Below, piece after piece: positions 1-9,107 of a DNA stretch of 64,000 nt. Below the pieces are notes generated by a model. The model made no database searches. It had not been told where the DNA came from and worked only from the letters and a program-made list of their open reading frames with translations. The position numbers were made by a program, and so were the translations under genes. Positions within the stretch are counted from its first letter, which is position 1; each line of letters begins with the position of its first letter. The stretch covers positions 87,231 through 151,230 of the forward strand of contig CP070993.1 of assembly GCA_017134395.1 (NCBI GenBank), read 5' to 3'. Source of the stretch: Candidatus Kaiserbacteria bacterium (lineage in GTDB: Bacteria; Patescibacteriota; Minisyncoccia; Phycocordibacterales; UBA2100).

Positions 1-699
1 GCGGAAGAGTCGGTGCAACTTAGCGCTATATTTACATCAGGACTTTCTGATAAAGACAAATCTACTAAAGACGCTATAGCAAAAGAATTGGCCGGATCTA
101 ATATCTGGAAGGAGATTTCAGATGGTAAGTACACATTTGTTCCTAACCATAATATCCAAACACCTCTACTTAAGACTTACAATGAATTATGGCAAAAACT
201 ACTGGATACTTCGGAAGTAAATTCTTCAAATTCATTGCGTGAAGAAATAAAAGCAATGCTTCAAGAGAGGAAGAGAGACTCAATACCTACTGAACTCATA
301 GGTACAGGAATGTCTAAAGATGTTGCGCTTCAAAACATCAACGAAGGCATGAAGGCGTATTTGGGACACAGGGAGATGGAGAGGACTCTAACAAATGTAA
401 ATCTTGATACAGCATCAAGTGCGCAATTAAAAGAAATAAAAGGTGCTCTCGAACAAAGACGCAGCGCAGTAAGGCTTACAAAGGAAGATGATGTACGAAA
501 AGAAGAGCTAGAGAAGTTTATTAATAGACTTTATTCTAACCCTGAATATTTGAATCAATTAAACGTTACCTTTGACTTCATCACTCAGAAATTTAGCACT
601 CGTCTTAATCGTGGATTCAATCTACGAAATCGCTATGGAAGGGCTATGAACCATGATCAATTCGAAATCTTTTTGCAGGAATTTGAACAATCACAATAA
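1..699 (+). CDS. hypothetical protein, 5'-partial (frame open to window edge; first in-frame start is GTG at 13)
   Basis: ORF track 13..699; no stop upstream in frame; no recognisable motifs. Confidence 0.35.
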   Translation, partial: AEESVQLSAIFTSGLSDKDKSTKDAIAKELAGSNIWKEISDGKYTFVPNHNIQTPLLKTYNELWQKLLDTSEVNSSNSLREEIKAMLQERKRDSIPTELIGTGMSKDVALQNINEGMKAYLGHREMERTLTNVNLDTASSAQLKEIKGALEQRRSAVRLTKEDDVRKEELEKFINRLYSNPEYLNQLNVTFDFITQKFSTRLNRGFNLRNRYGRAMNHDQFEIFLQEFEQSQ

Positions 700-711
700 G
701 TTTCTCTTTGC

Positions 712-740
712 TTGACATCAAAACTTTACAGGAGTAGGAT
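712..740 (+). promoter_or_regulatory. sigma70-like promoter (TTGACA-17-TAGGAT)
   Basis: hexamers read directly upstream of 792 ORF. Confidence 0.35.
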
Positions 741-791
741 TTTTTTAGAACCATTATTTTCGTTACCTGGAATCTCTGGAAGGAGAATACT

Positions 792-1151
792 ATGTCTATA
801 GTAAGGAGAATCTTTGGATTAGCGCTATGGATCATCTGCTTAGGTGTTTTCATGACTCCCAAGGGGCTTTTCGGACTTGATCAAAATGGACTCGTCATTT
901 TTCTGGTTGCTTCTGCAATTGGCTGGATGACTGTTGTCATCTACTTTGTACAGGGTGTACATCGTAGAAGGTTTCCACGTAGAATATTCCTTAGTTCTAT
1001 CGTGGCAGCAGTTGCCATCTTGGTTGAGTATTTGCTGGGTGACGCTTATGCTCAATCTTTTGAAGCTTACGAGTCGATCATTATGACTATTTTCCTGTTT
1101 GCACCTATTGCAGCAGGTGCAAGACTGGTTCTCTTTGAGAGCGGAGAATAA
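792..1151 (+). CDS. small integral membrane protein (3-4 TM), hypothetical
   Basis: hydrophobic segments; GGAAGGAGAA RBS 4 nt upstream of ATG. Confidence 0.45.
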   Translation: MSIVRRIFGLALWIICLGVFMTPKGLFGLDQNGLVIFLVASAIGWMTVVIYFVQGVHRRRFPRRIFLSSIVAAVAILVEYLLGDAYAQSFEAYESIIMTIFLFAPIAAGARLVLFESGE

Positions 1152-1164
1152 TACAAACAAAAGT

Positions 1165-1193
1165 AGCCGCGCCCCTTCGGGACGCGGCTTTTA
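1165..1193 (+). terminator. rho-independent terminator (AGCCGCGCCCC-TTCG-GGGACGCGGCT + T-run)
   Basis: GC hairpin followed by TTTT. Confidence 0.7.
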
Positions 1194-1207
1194 TATATAC
1201 TAGACCA

Positions 1208-1236
1208 TTGAAAACAAGCCATATATGAGGTATAGT
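1208..1236 (+). promoter_or_regulatory. sigma70-like promoter TTGAAA-17-TATAGT ~190 nt upstream of typA, followed by a short hairpin+U-tract (1249-1268)
   Basis: hexamers and spacing read from sequence. Confidence 0.35.
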
Positions 1237-1317
1237 ATTCGCACTAATCCGCAGAAGCGGTATTTTTATTTGCCAGACACGTCACATTTATGGAAATACG
1301 AAACATTGCAATAATTG

Positions 1318-1385
1318 CACCACAAGAGTACTTCGATTTTAATAGTCGTCGCGACTCCTTTAAAATCTGGTCGCCCACGTTGACC
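1318..1385. repeat. intergenic repeat family, diverged copy C (CACCACAAGAGTACTTC...AAAATCTGGTCGCCC)
   Basis: shares 5' and 3' blocks with copies at 16757 and 54105. Confidence 0.5.
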
Positions 1386-1420
1386 ACATTCGGATTACAT
1401 ACAATTAAATAACTTTTTAT

Positions 1421-3202
1421 ATGGAAATTAGAAATATAGCGATAATAGCCCATGTTGACCATGGTAAGACAACACTTACTGACGCTATTCTTGCGCAAAC
1501 AGGAACCGTTAAGGAGGGTGTTTCAATGGACTCCAATGACCTTGAAAAGGAACGCGGAATTACTATTTACGCAAAGAACACCAGTGTGTACTATAAGGAC
1601 ACAAAAATTAATATTCTTGATACTCCAGGTCACGCCGATTTTGGTTCAGAAGTTGAGCGTGTACTACGTTCAATTGACTCTGTATTGCTTGTTGTGGACG
1701 CGGCAGAAGGGCCAATGCCTCAAACTAAATTCGTATTGAAGAAATCGCTCGAGCTTGGGCTTAAACCGATTCTTATTCTCAATAAAATTGACAAGCCAGC
1801 TGCTGATGTAGATAAGGCAGAAGAATTGGTATACGAACTCTTCCTAGATCTTGGCGCTACAGACGAACAGCTCGACTTTACAACCCTTTACGCAATTGGG
1901 CGTGATGGTGTTGCAAAGCGAAACATGGATGACAATGCAACAGATCTTAACCCGGTGCTCGACGTCATTCTTGAAAAGGTTCCTGCGGCCTCAGGTGATA
2001 ATCTGAAGGATAAGCCGCTTTCGGCACAAGTGTTTAACCTTGCTTACGACAACTTCCTGGGGCGTATGGGTATTGCTCGTATTTACGACGGTACTGTAAA
2101 AGATAAGCAAGAATTATTTATAAAAGATGCAGAAGGAAAGCAATTTAAAGGAAAGATTGTAAAACTATTCACATTTGAGGGAATTGAAAAGAAAGAGGTA
2201 AGTGAAGCAAGTGCAGGAGACATTGTTATGATTGCCGGAATCCCTGAGATTTTCATTGGACAAACACTTTTAAACGAAGAGGGGGGAACTGCGCTTCCTG
2301 CGATTACTGTTGATGAACCAACAATATCTTTGTTTATGTTTGTGAACGACTCACCATTTGCCGGACGTTCGGGTAAGTATGTAACTGGGCGTCAAATTCG
2401 AGAGCGATTAGAGAAGGAGCTTGAAATCAACGTTGGTCTTCGTGTTGAATTCAATGAAGGAGGACGAATGAAAGTATATGGACGTGGAGAACTTCACCTT
2501 GCCGTTCTTATCGAAAACATGCGCCGAGAAGGGTACGAACTCGCTGTATCACAACCAGAAGTGATCTTTAAAGAAGTTGAAGGAAAGAAACACGAACCGT
2601 ATGAAGACGTAAGTATTTTGGTACCAGAACAATTCTCTGGTGCGGTTATTGAGAAGCTTGGAAAACGTCGTGGGGTAATGACAGGTATGGTACCAGAACA
2701 CGGTGAAGTGCGACTTACTTTTGAGGTTCCAACACGAGGTTTGCTTGGATATCGAAATGAATTAGTTATTGATACAAAAGGAGAAGGAATTATGACTTCA
2801 ATTTTTAGTCATTTTGGACCACATGCTGGGGAAATCCAAAAGACAGAGCTTGGCTCTATGGTTTCAATGGCAGCTGGAAAAGCACTCGGCTTCTCTCTAG
2901 CTAACCTGCAAGAGCGTGGAGTTCTCTACATTGGAGCTACGACCGAGGTATATGAAGGAATGGTTGTAGGAAATACCTCAAAAGGTGAAGACATGATGGT
3001 AAACCCTACCAAAGGAAAGCAGCTTACAAACATGCGTGCCTCTGGATCAGATGAAAACATTAAGATTACACCACCACTTGATTTAACACTCGAGAAGGCA
3101 ATGGGCTTTATGCGCACTGATGAATATCTTGAAGTTACACCAGATGCTATTCGTCTACGAAAGCAGTATCTTACAGAAACGGAACGTAAGAAGAAAAAAT
3201 AA
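1421..3202 (+). CDS. typA: translational GTPase TypA/BipA
   Basis: [11 protein letters not shown]1, DTPGHADF G3, NKID G4, EF-G-like C-terminal domains, 593 aa. Confidence 0.95.
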   Translation: MEIRNIAIIAHVDHGKTTLTDAILAQTGTVKEGVSMDSNDLEKERGITIYAKNTSVYYKDTKINILDTPGHADFGSEVERVLRSIDSVLLVVDAAEGPMPQTKFVLKKSLELGLKPILILNKIDKPAADVDKAEELVYELFLDLGATDEQLDFTTLYAIGRDGVAKRNMDDNATDLNPVLDVILEKVPAASGDNLKDKPLSAQVFNLAYDNFLGRMGIARIYDGTVKDKQELFIKDAEGKQFKGKIVKLFTFEGIEKKEVSEASAGDIVMIAGIPEIFIGQTLLNEEGGTALPAITVDEPTISLFMFVNDSPFAGRSGKYVTGRQIRERLEKELEINVGLRVEFNEGGRMKVYGRGELHLAVLIENMRREGYELAVSQPEVIFKEVEGKKHEPYEDVSILVPEQFSGAVIEKLGKRRGVMTGMVPEHGEVRLTFEVPTRGLLGYRNELVIDTKGEGIMTSIFSHFGPHAGEIQKTELGSMVSMAAGKALGFSLANLQERGVLYIGATTEVYEGMVVGNTSKGEDMMVNPTKGKQLTNMRASGSDENIKITPPLDLTLEKAMGFMRTDEYLEVTPDAIRLRKQYLTETERKKKK

Positions 3203-3207
3203 AAAGA

Positions 3208-3245
3208 AAACAGGCAACGATTTCACATCGCTGCCTGTTCTGTTG
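3208..3245 (+). terminator. rho-independent terminator after typA
   Basis: ACAGGCAACGAT...ATCGCTGCCTGT hairpin. Confidence 0.55.
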
Positions 3246-3270
3246 ATTGTAGAAGATGTGCAACGCTTCC

Positions 3271-3561
3271 TTAGCGACAGCCGTCGTGATAGCAACGCCC
3301 AGAAGGCGGAGTATTGATACGACAGAGGTGCATCGCCTGATTCGCGGCAAACGTTGGGTCCCAGTGATTCCAGTACCACACGCCACCGTAGCTGTTTCGC
3401 ACATAGCACACAGCAGCGACTTCGATTTCTTCTTGTTGAGAAGGAATCGGAGTCATTGCCGGTTCTTCAACGATTTCTTCCTGCAGGCTTGCGCCGGCAG
3501 TGGAAACGGAGAGTGTCAGTGCCAATGCACTGGCAAACCCGAGAATTGCTCGTGATCGCAT
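3271..3561 (-). CDS. small secreted Cys-containing protein (signal peptide), GC-rich ORF
   Basis: AAAGGAGGA RBS 6 nt before ATG; N-terminal signal peptide ...TAGA; ~54% GC vs ~40% background; 4 Cys in mature part. Confidence 0.5.
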   Translation of the reverse strand: MRSRAILGFASALALTLSVSTAGASLQEEIVEEPAMTPIPSQQEEIEVAAVCYVRNSYGGVWYWNHWDPTFAANQAMHLCRINTPPSGRCYHDGCR

Positions 3562-3637
3562 AACGGATCCTCCTTTTGTTGAGCCTTTTGATACTACTGT
3601 TTAAGGTATAGAGAGTCAAGAGAAATTAAATAGGTAA

Positions 3638-3672
3638 CAAAAAACACCCCGCGTGAGCGGGGTGTTTTTTGT
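3638..3672. terminator. bidirectional rho-independent terminator (AAAAAACACCCCGC-GTGA-GCGGGGTGTTTTTT)
   Basis: perfect hairpin flanked by A-run and T-run. Confidence 0.8.
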
Positions 3673-3680
3673 TCTAAGGC

Positions 3681-3881
3681 TTACGCCTTGTTGACGTTGA
3701 CAGCGTTTGGTCCTTTTTGACCTTCTGCAACTTCAAAAGTTACTTCGTCGCCTTCACGTAGATCGTTGTACTCTGCATTCTGTAGCTCGTTTGCGTGAAA
3801 GAAAAGATCTTTTTCCTCACCCTCTTGAGCAATGAATCCAAAACCACGGTCTGTAAGACGGGCAATTGTTCCTTTTTGCAT
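3681..3881 (-). CDS. cspA: cold-shock protein (CspA family)
   Basis: RGFGFI RNP1 and FFH RNP2 motifs, 66 aa; long 5' UTR upstream. Confidence 0.9.
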   Translation of the reverse strand: MQKGTIARLTDRGFGFIAQEGEEKDLFFHANELQNAEYNDLREGDEVTFEVAEGQKGPNAVNVNKA

Positions 3882-4029
3882 CTGTAAAGAAGCTATTTTT
3901 GTAAAACACCAAATTTAAACTCTGTACGACAAGTGTTCGACTAACTAGACTCTCCTACAGCTACCATTTGATTGCAAGAACCATAACACATGCGAATACA
4001 ATTGTCGACACAGTTTAGATATTTTCAGT

Positions 4030-4929
4030 TTAGTGAATATGATCTCCATGTTCTTCGCTCTCGTGATCTTCATTATGTTCACTTTCATCCCCGTGGTCTT
4101 CATGATCATCAGTAAAAGAGTGACTCTCTTCCGTATGTACTTCTTCGCCGTGACTATGAGCTTCTTCTCCTAACAGGAACTGACTTCCTTGAAATACACC
4201 AAACATAAGTGCCATGCCCAATAGAGCCGTAATTATGTGCTTTGGAGCGCATTTCTTTTCACGGGCATGGCGGAATGAGTGGGGGATGAGGTCTTGCATA
4301 AGCAATGCTAACAATGCACCTGTGGCAAACCCTAGAACAGGTATCTCAAGGAACGAGAACTGTTCAAATAGGAAATATCCACCAATTGCACCAACAAGAA
4401 TTGTTGATGACGTCACGAAGTTAATTATAAGAGCGTGACGTGTGCTATATCCTGCATGGCGTAAAATAAAGAACTCAGATATTTCTTGTACAAGCTCGTG
4501 AATAAAGATACTTAGCGCAACTACGAATCCAAGTAATGGGCTTGTAGTAAATGCTACCGCAAGCAATACGCCATCACCAGTATTGTGAAGAGTGTCTCCA
4601 ACGAGCATTTTTCTCGCATCAATGCGCTTAGGAAAATTTTCTTCATCTGCGTGGTAGTGATAGTGACCCTCTGGAATCAACTTTGTTATAAGCCAAACAA
4701 GAATCAATCCAGAAATAATCCAAACCAATCCTATTATCGGTGTTGTAGCTTCACTGACAACCTCTTGTGAAAGGAACAGCACCAGTATAAGAAACACACC
4801 AGCAGCAAAGCTCACAAGATAGTCTAAGTTCTTTTCAATAAATGCACCTGCTACTTTCCACACCGACACTTTCCCAACAAGCGACGCTGTCATAATGAGC
4901 AAACAGGCACCTACTAATTCAATAATCAT
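4030..4929 (-). CDS. ZIP-family divalent metal (zinc) transporter with His-rich C-terminal tail
   Basis: LHNTGDG and HELVQE motifs resembling ZupT HNxPEG repeats; 8 TM; tail HSHGEEVH...EHGDHIH. Confidence 0.7.
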   Translation of the reverse strand: MIIELVGACLLIMTASLVGKVSVWKVAGAFIEKNLDYLVSFAAGVFLILVLFLSQEVVSEATTPIIGLVWIISGLILVWLITKLIPEGHYHYHADEENFPKRIDARKMLVGDTLHNTGDGVLLAVAFTTSPLLGFVVALSIFIHELVQEISEFFILRHAGYSTRHALIINFVTSSTILVGAIGGYFLFEQFSFLEIPVLGFATGALLALLMQDLIPHSFRHAREKKCAPKHIITALLGMALMFGVFQGSQFLLGEEAHSHGEEVHTEESHSFTDDHEDHGDESEHNEDHESEEHGDHIH

Positions 4930-5016
4930 ATATTTTAATTTTTATTATCTTCGTATCAGAATATTTTGACACAGAAGTTAAATGCAAATAATTAGCATTA
5001 TGATATACTGGTCGAT

Positions 5017-5442
5017 ATGAATATGCAAGTAGGGGGTAATAAAATAATGGTTGAGCGGATTCTTCAAGGAAGCGGTCTCAAGAAAACTAAAGGGCGAGTA
5101 CAGGTTCTTGGGATACTCATTAATGCACGCAACCCAATGTCTATCGAAGAAATTGAATGTTTGGTAGGTACTGATATCCATTTTGTTACCTTATATAGAA
5201 TGCTTAGACAATTTTCTAAAAGTGGCATTGTGTATCAAACCGATTTGCGGAAAGGTAAAGTACACTACGAACTTCAAAAAAAGCACCATCATCACATAGT
5301 GTGTACTAGTTGTGGTATTCAAGAAGATGTTCCGATGTGTATGGATGACGTCCAAGCTTCCATTGCCCGACAGTCAAAGAGGTTTAATGTAATTGATAAC
5401 CACGTGCTTGAGTTCTTTGGGATTTGTAAAAAATGTAGTTAA
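5017..5442 (+). CDS. zur: Fur-family metalloregulator, probably Zur (divergent from ZIP importer)
   Basis: winged-helix N-term, HHHH...CxxC...CKKC metal sites; context. Confidence 0.75.
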   Translation: MNMQVGGNKIMVERILQGSGLKKTKGRVQVLGILINARNPMSIEEIECLVGTDIHFVTLYRMLRQFSKSGIVYQTDLRKGKVHYELQKKHHHHIVCTSCGIQEDVPMCMDDVQASIARQSKRFNVIDNHVLEFFGICKKCS

Positions 5443-5451
5443 ACTATTACA

Positions 5452-6594
5452 ATGATTATTAATAAAGTATACATACAGACTACTCTTTTTGTTATTTTAC
5501 TTTGTATTGTATTTCAAGCTCAAATTACATCTGCACAAGTATTACAAGAAGATGTTCAAGGAGTGTGGCGAGCAACTGTTACTGAAGTACTGAAAGAGGA
5601 ATCCGTTGTAGTTCCAGGTACTGATGTAAAGAGTACAGTCCAAACTATATCTGTTGAATTAATTGAAGGGGAGAGATCTGGCGAAGTTATAACATTCGAG
5701 AATGATTACATTCAACTTGATGAAGGTGATACTTTCTATTTGAATTATCTAATTACTATTAATGAGACCGAATTTTATTCTGTTAGAGAAGTAGACAGAA
5801 GAATACAAATAGGATTTATCGTAGCGCTTTTTATTGCGGTTATTGTTCTATTTGGCGGCATGCAGGGATTCCGTTCGCTTCTGTCACTTGCTGGTAGCCT
5901 TCTTGTTATTTTGTTTATACTTGTACCGACTTTGGTGAAAGGTTACTCGCCAATACCAATAAGTGTCTTCGTTGCTTCTTTGGTACTATTCTTTGCTGTC
6001 TTCTTTACACACGGATTCAACAAACGTTCTGCAGTCGCTTTTGTAGGAACCGTTATTGCTGTTGCTATTACTGGGATTCTTGCTTACTTTTCTGTAGAAA
6101 TAACTAGCCTTACAGGATTTTCTTCTGATGAAAGTACGTATCTCAACTTAAATACAGGAGGGCAGCTCGATTTTGTAGGTTTATTACTTGCTGGAATTAT
6201 TATAGGTGCGTTAGGTGTTCTTGATGATATTGCAATAACACAGGTTGCGGTTGTTCGTGAATTGTTTTCTTCAGGCAGTAAACTTACTAAATGGGATGTT
6301 TATAGAAAAGCTCTCCGGGTTGGGAGGGAGCATGTTGGTGCATTGGTGAACACTCTCGTACTTGCTTACACTGGTGCAGCATTGCCACTTTTGCTCCTCT
6401 TCTCTTTTTCAGAAAGTAGTATGTTAAATATTATAAACACTGAGGTATTTGCAACAGAAATACTACGGGCACTAGTAGGTAGTATTGGGCTTGTGAGTGC
6501 CGTGCCTATTACTACGTTCCTTGCAGTTCATTTTCTTTCGTCTTTAGGTAAAGGTGTTTTAGAGGCTCAAGAATCCACACACTCGCATATATAA
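5452..6594 (+). CDS. YibE/F-like integral membrane protein
   Basis: N-terminal TM, ~90 aa extracytoplasmic segment, then ~7 TM; architecture typical of YibE/F family. Confidence 0.5.
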   Translation: MIINKVYIQTTLFVILLCIVFQAQITSAQVLQEDVQGVWRATVTEVLKEESVVVPGTDVKSTVQTISVELIEGERSGEVITFENDYIQLDEGDTFYLNYLITINETEFYSVREVDRRIQIGFIVALFIAVIVLFGGMQGFRSLLSLAGSLLVILFILVPTLVKGYSPIPISVFVASLVLFFAVFFTHGFNKRSAVAFVGTVIAVAITGILAYFSVEITSLTGFSSDESTYLNLNTGGQLDFVGLLLAGIIIGALGVLDDIAITQVAVVRELFSSGSKLTKWDVYRKALRVGREHVGALVNTLVLAYTGAALPLLLLFSFSESSMLNIINTEVFATEILRALVGSIGLVSAVPITTFLAVHFLSSLGKGVLEAQESTHSHI

Positions 6595-6598
6595 ATAT

Positions 6599-6630
6599 AA
6601 AAGCCCCAGAGCTAACTCTGGGGCTTTTAT
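6599..6630. terminator. rho-independent terminator (AAAGCCCCAGAG-CTAA-CTCTGGGGCTTTT)
   Basis: perfect hairpin + T-run. Confidence 0.8.
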
Positions 6631-6648
6631 GTACTCAAATAAAGAATG

Positions 6649-6780
6649 CTATTTGCTTTTGGTGCGGTTTCCTTTACTTGCTTTCTTCTCTAGCATCAAA
6701 CGTTTGATTTCAAGACGTTTTGCTGTCTTGCGTGAATGTGACTTCTTTCCTTTTTCTACTCCAGTGCTTCGTTTTGCCAT
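6649..6780 (-). CDS. unannotated 43-aa highly basic small protein (MAKRSTGVEKGKKSHSRKTAKRLEIKRLMLEKKASKGNRTKSK)
   Basis: ORF below track cutoff; sits between a gene end and a terminator; no SD. Confidence 0.25.
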   Translation of the reverse strand: MAKRSTGVEKGKKSHSRKTAKRLEIKRLMLEKKASKGNRTKSK

Positions 6781-6877
6781 ACTAATTTGATTGGTTAATT
6801 CCCATGCATCATAGCTGATTTTCTAACTAATTCAATGGTTATACTGGAAATCAGGATGCTTCTAGAAAAAATGATAC

Positions 6878-7066
6878 TTAGTCTGAAGCTTCGAAACGGG
6901 CTTTGTTTTCAGTCATCCATCTCTTCATATCATCTTCTGTTTTACTTGGGTCACTCATAACTTCAGCATGAGCTTCTCCATAGTGAGGCTTTAGAGCATT
7001 CATCCACTCTTCGAACGTTTCGCCATCTGCTGTTACTTCACAAAGATCGCATTTAAGGGTTTTCAT
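6878..7066 (-). CDS. small metal-binding protein, DUF1059-like
   Basis: CDLC...H..H pattern, 62 aa. Confidence 0.45.
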   Translation of the reverse strand: MKTLKCDLCEVTADGETFEEWMNALKPHYGEAHAEVMSDPSKTEDDMKRWMTENKARFEASD

Positions 7067-7119
7067 ACATTTTATAACTTAGATTACTATATAAAGAATA
7101 ATAACATGAGTAGAATGAC

Positions 7120-7800
7120 CTATTTTGTACCGTTGGTCTCTTTAATTATCTTTCCATCAGACATTTCAATAACGCGATGTGCATGTTGTGCATATTCAAG
7201 CTCATGCGTCACCATGACGATAGTTTGCCCTGCTTGGTTAAGTTCTTCCAGATACTCAAGTAGCTGCTTAGACGTGACACTGTCGAGGTTGGCGGTTGGC
7301 TCATCAGCGAAGAGAATCAAGGGTGTGTGAGCGATGGCACGTGCAACAGAGACACGCTGTTGCTCACCTCCTGAAAGTTGGCTTGGACGCCATGATGTTC
7401 GATGGCTCATTTCAAGTCGGGTCAGTACTTCAACTGCACGCTTCTGCGCGTCCTCGATTGTGTAGCCCTGCATCATTAATGGAAGGAGTACATTTTCTTC
7501 TGCAGTAAGCTCAGGAAGAAGCGCGTAGTCTTGAAACACATACCCGAGGTAATTAAGCCTAAAGTTGGTACGTTCTTTTGCTGTCAACTCAGCTATGTTT
7601 GTGTTGTCGATATATATCTCACCTGCTGTAGGTGTATCAAGAAGGGAGAGCTGGTATAGAAGTGTACTTTTTCCGGCGCCGGATTTACCGACTATGGCAA
7701 CAAACTCGCCTTTTTTTATTTCTATATCGACGCCACGAAGTGCATGTGTTTCAACTGCACCCTTTGTATATACTCTTTTTACGTTTGTTCCTTTAATCAT
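7120..7800 (-). CDS. ABC transporter ATP-binding protein (MacB/LolD/FtsE-like)
   Basis: Walker A GKSGAGKST, signature LSGGEQQRVSVARA, Walker B ILFADEP. Confidence 0.9.
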   Translation of the reverse strand: MIKGTNVKRVYTKGAVETHALRGVDIEIKKGEFVAIVGKSGAGKSTLLYQLSLLDTPTAGEIYIDNTNIAELTAKERTNFRLNYLGYVFQDYALLPELTAEENVLLPLMMQGYTIEDAQKRAVEVLTRLEMSHRTSWRPSQLSGGEQQRVSVARAIAHTPLILFADEPTANLDSVTSKQLLEYLEELNQAGQTIVMVTHELEYAQHAHRVIEMSDGKIIKETNGTK

Positions 7801-7805
7801 ATATA

Positions 7806-9107
7806 TTATCTACCAAGAATAGCATCAAGGGTATTACGTTTTACAATAATGCGAGCAGGTATAAATCCAGCAATGATAGTCGTTACCAGTAAAACTACAG
7901 AACGAATAAATGTACCTTCTGTAGTGACACTCAGAATCCCGTCACTGAAAGGAAAGTCGATGGGGTTAGCGCTAAAATAGGGTAAAAGGATGAGGTATAA
8001 GATAAGCAGACCGAAGGTGATACCGATAAGCGCGTAGAAAATCGAGAGTAAAATGTACGAAAGCTCAATAGCGAACTCTGAGACACCAATTGCTTTAAGG
8101 ATGCCGATATACTTTCGCTTGGTAATAGCAGTGATGAAGATAATGATAAATATAGTAATAGAAGCAACTACAACAGAAATTCCTCCGATTATGTTTCCAA
8201 GTGCATTAAACGTATCGCGAATCTCATCGAGAAATTCCCCTATGGCTTCCTCGGTTGTTCGTATCAGAGAATTTGTTCCAACACCATACGCGAGAATGCG
8301 GGCTTGGACTGCCTCAGCATTTGCATTAGGCGCAATGCGTACGGCGAATTCGTCTGTTGTATCATTTTGGCGTCCGAGCATGGATTTAAGTTCGCTTTGA
8401 AGCATAAAAACACGTGTATCCATTGGACCTGCTTTTGTTTTTATAATTCCTCGCACAATAAACTCTCGTGATGCATCGCCAACAGTTAAGCGAACCTTAT
8501 CGCCCGGAAATATCCCCGATATTGTTTGTAAACCTGTTTCAGCAGGGAAGTAGCGATTTAAGAGCCGTGCTCCGAGCACAACGCCAGTGGTATCTCTCTC
8601 AGTAATAAAGGAACCTTCAACAAGTGCGTTCGGCAGGTCGGTCACGAGGCGTTCATCATCAATGTTAATACCTGTGACTGATACGCCGACACGATCGGGA
8701 AGAATGTTTGGTTGTGATACGGATTTTTGAAAGTTTGCCTCGAGTGTTCCTCCTTCAATAACTCTGGTTGAGTAAGCAGTCACCTGTGGTTGCGCATCCA
8801 GTATTGTACGTAGTGCATTTGCACGTTCGATATAGTCTTTCTCAGCTGATTTGGATATGAGAATATCACCAGCGTAGTATTTTTTATAACCAACCAAGGA
8901 GCCATCCATAAGACCAACCAAGATGCCGCTGACGACAACGAGATTGAGAAAGGTAAGTGTCATTATAAAAATAACAAGAATAGTCTGCCACTTAGTAGTT
9001 TGTGTTACGTAGCGTATTGCAAGAAAGAATGCAATACGAATCGCATTAAAGAATTCACTAGTTTCTTGTTTCTTCATACGGAACAATACGATCGTCTTCT
9101 TCAACAC
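7806..9107 (-). CDS. ABC transporter permease, FtsX/MacB-type with large extracytoplasmic domain
   Basis: N-terminal TM, ~250 aa periplasmic domain, C-terminal 3 TM FtsX fold. Confidence 0.85.
   Translation of the reverse strand: MLKKTIVLFRMKKQETSEFFNAIRIAFFLAIRYVTQTTKWQTILVIFIMTLTFLNLVVVSGILVGLMDGSLVGYKKYYAGDILISKSAEKDYIERANALRTILDAQPQVTAYSTRVIEGGTLEANFQKSVSQPNILPDRVGVSVTGINIDDERLVTDLPNALVEGSFITERDTTGVVLGARLLNRYFPAETGLQTISGIFPGDKVRLTVGDASREFIVRGIIKTKAGPMDTRVFMLQSELKSMLGRQNDTTDEFAVRIAPNANAEAVQARILAYGVGTNSLIRTTEEAIGEFLDEIRDTFNALGNIIGGISVVVASITIFIIIFITAITKRKYIGILKAIGVSEFAIELSYILLSIFYALIGITFGLLILYLILLPYFSANPIDFPFSDGILSVTTEGTFIRSVVLLVTTIIAGFIPARIIVKRNTLDAILGR

Noticed and set aside
1244-1739. 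ORFs 1244..1498 (-) and 1452..1739 (+)
   Set aside because: They overlap the typA leader and coding region in the wrong frame or strand. typA is unambiguous.
3155-3563. Five overlapping ORFs in several frames on both strands (3155..3409, 3171..3404, 3256..3555, 3354..3563, 3271..3561)
   Set aside because: This is an artefact of a GC-rich patch with few stop codons. Only 3271..3561 (-) has an SD (AAAGGAGGA) and a signal peptide, so the others were discarded.
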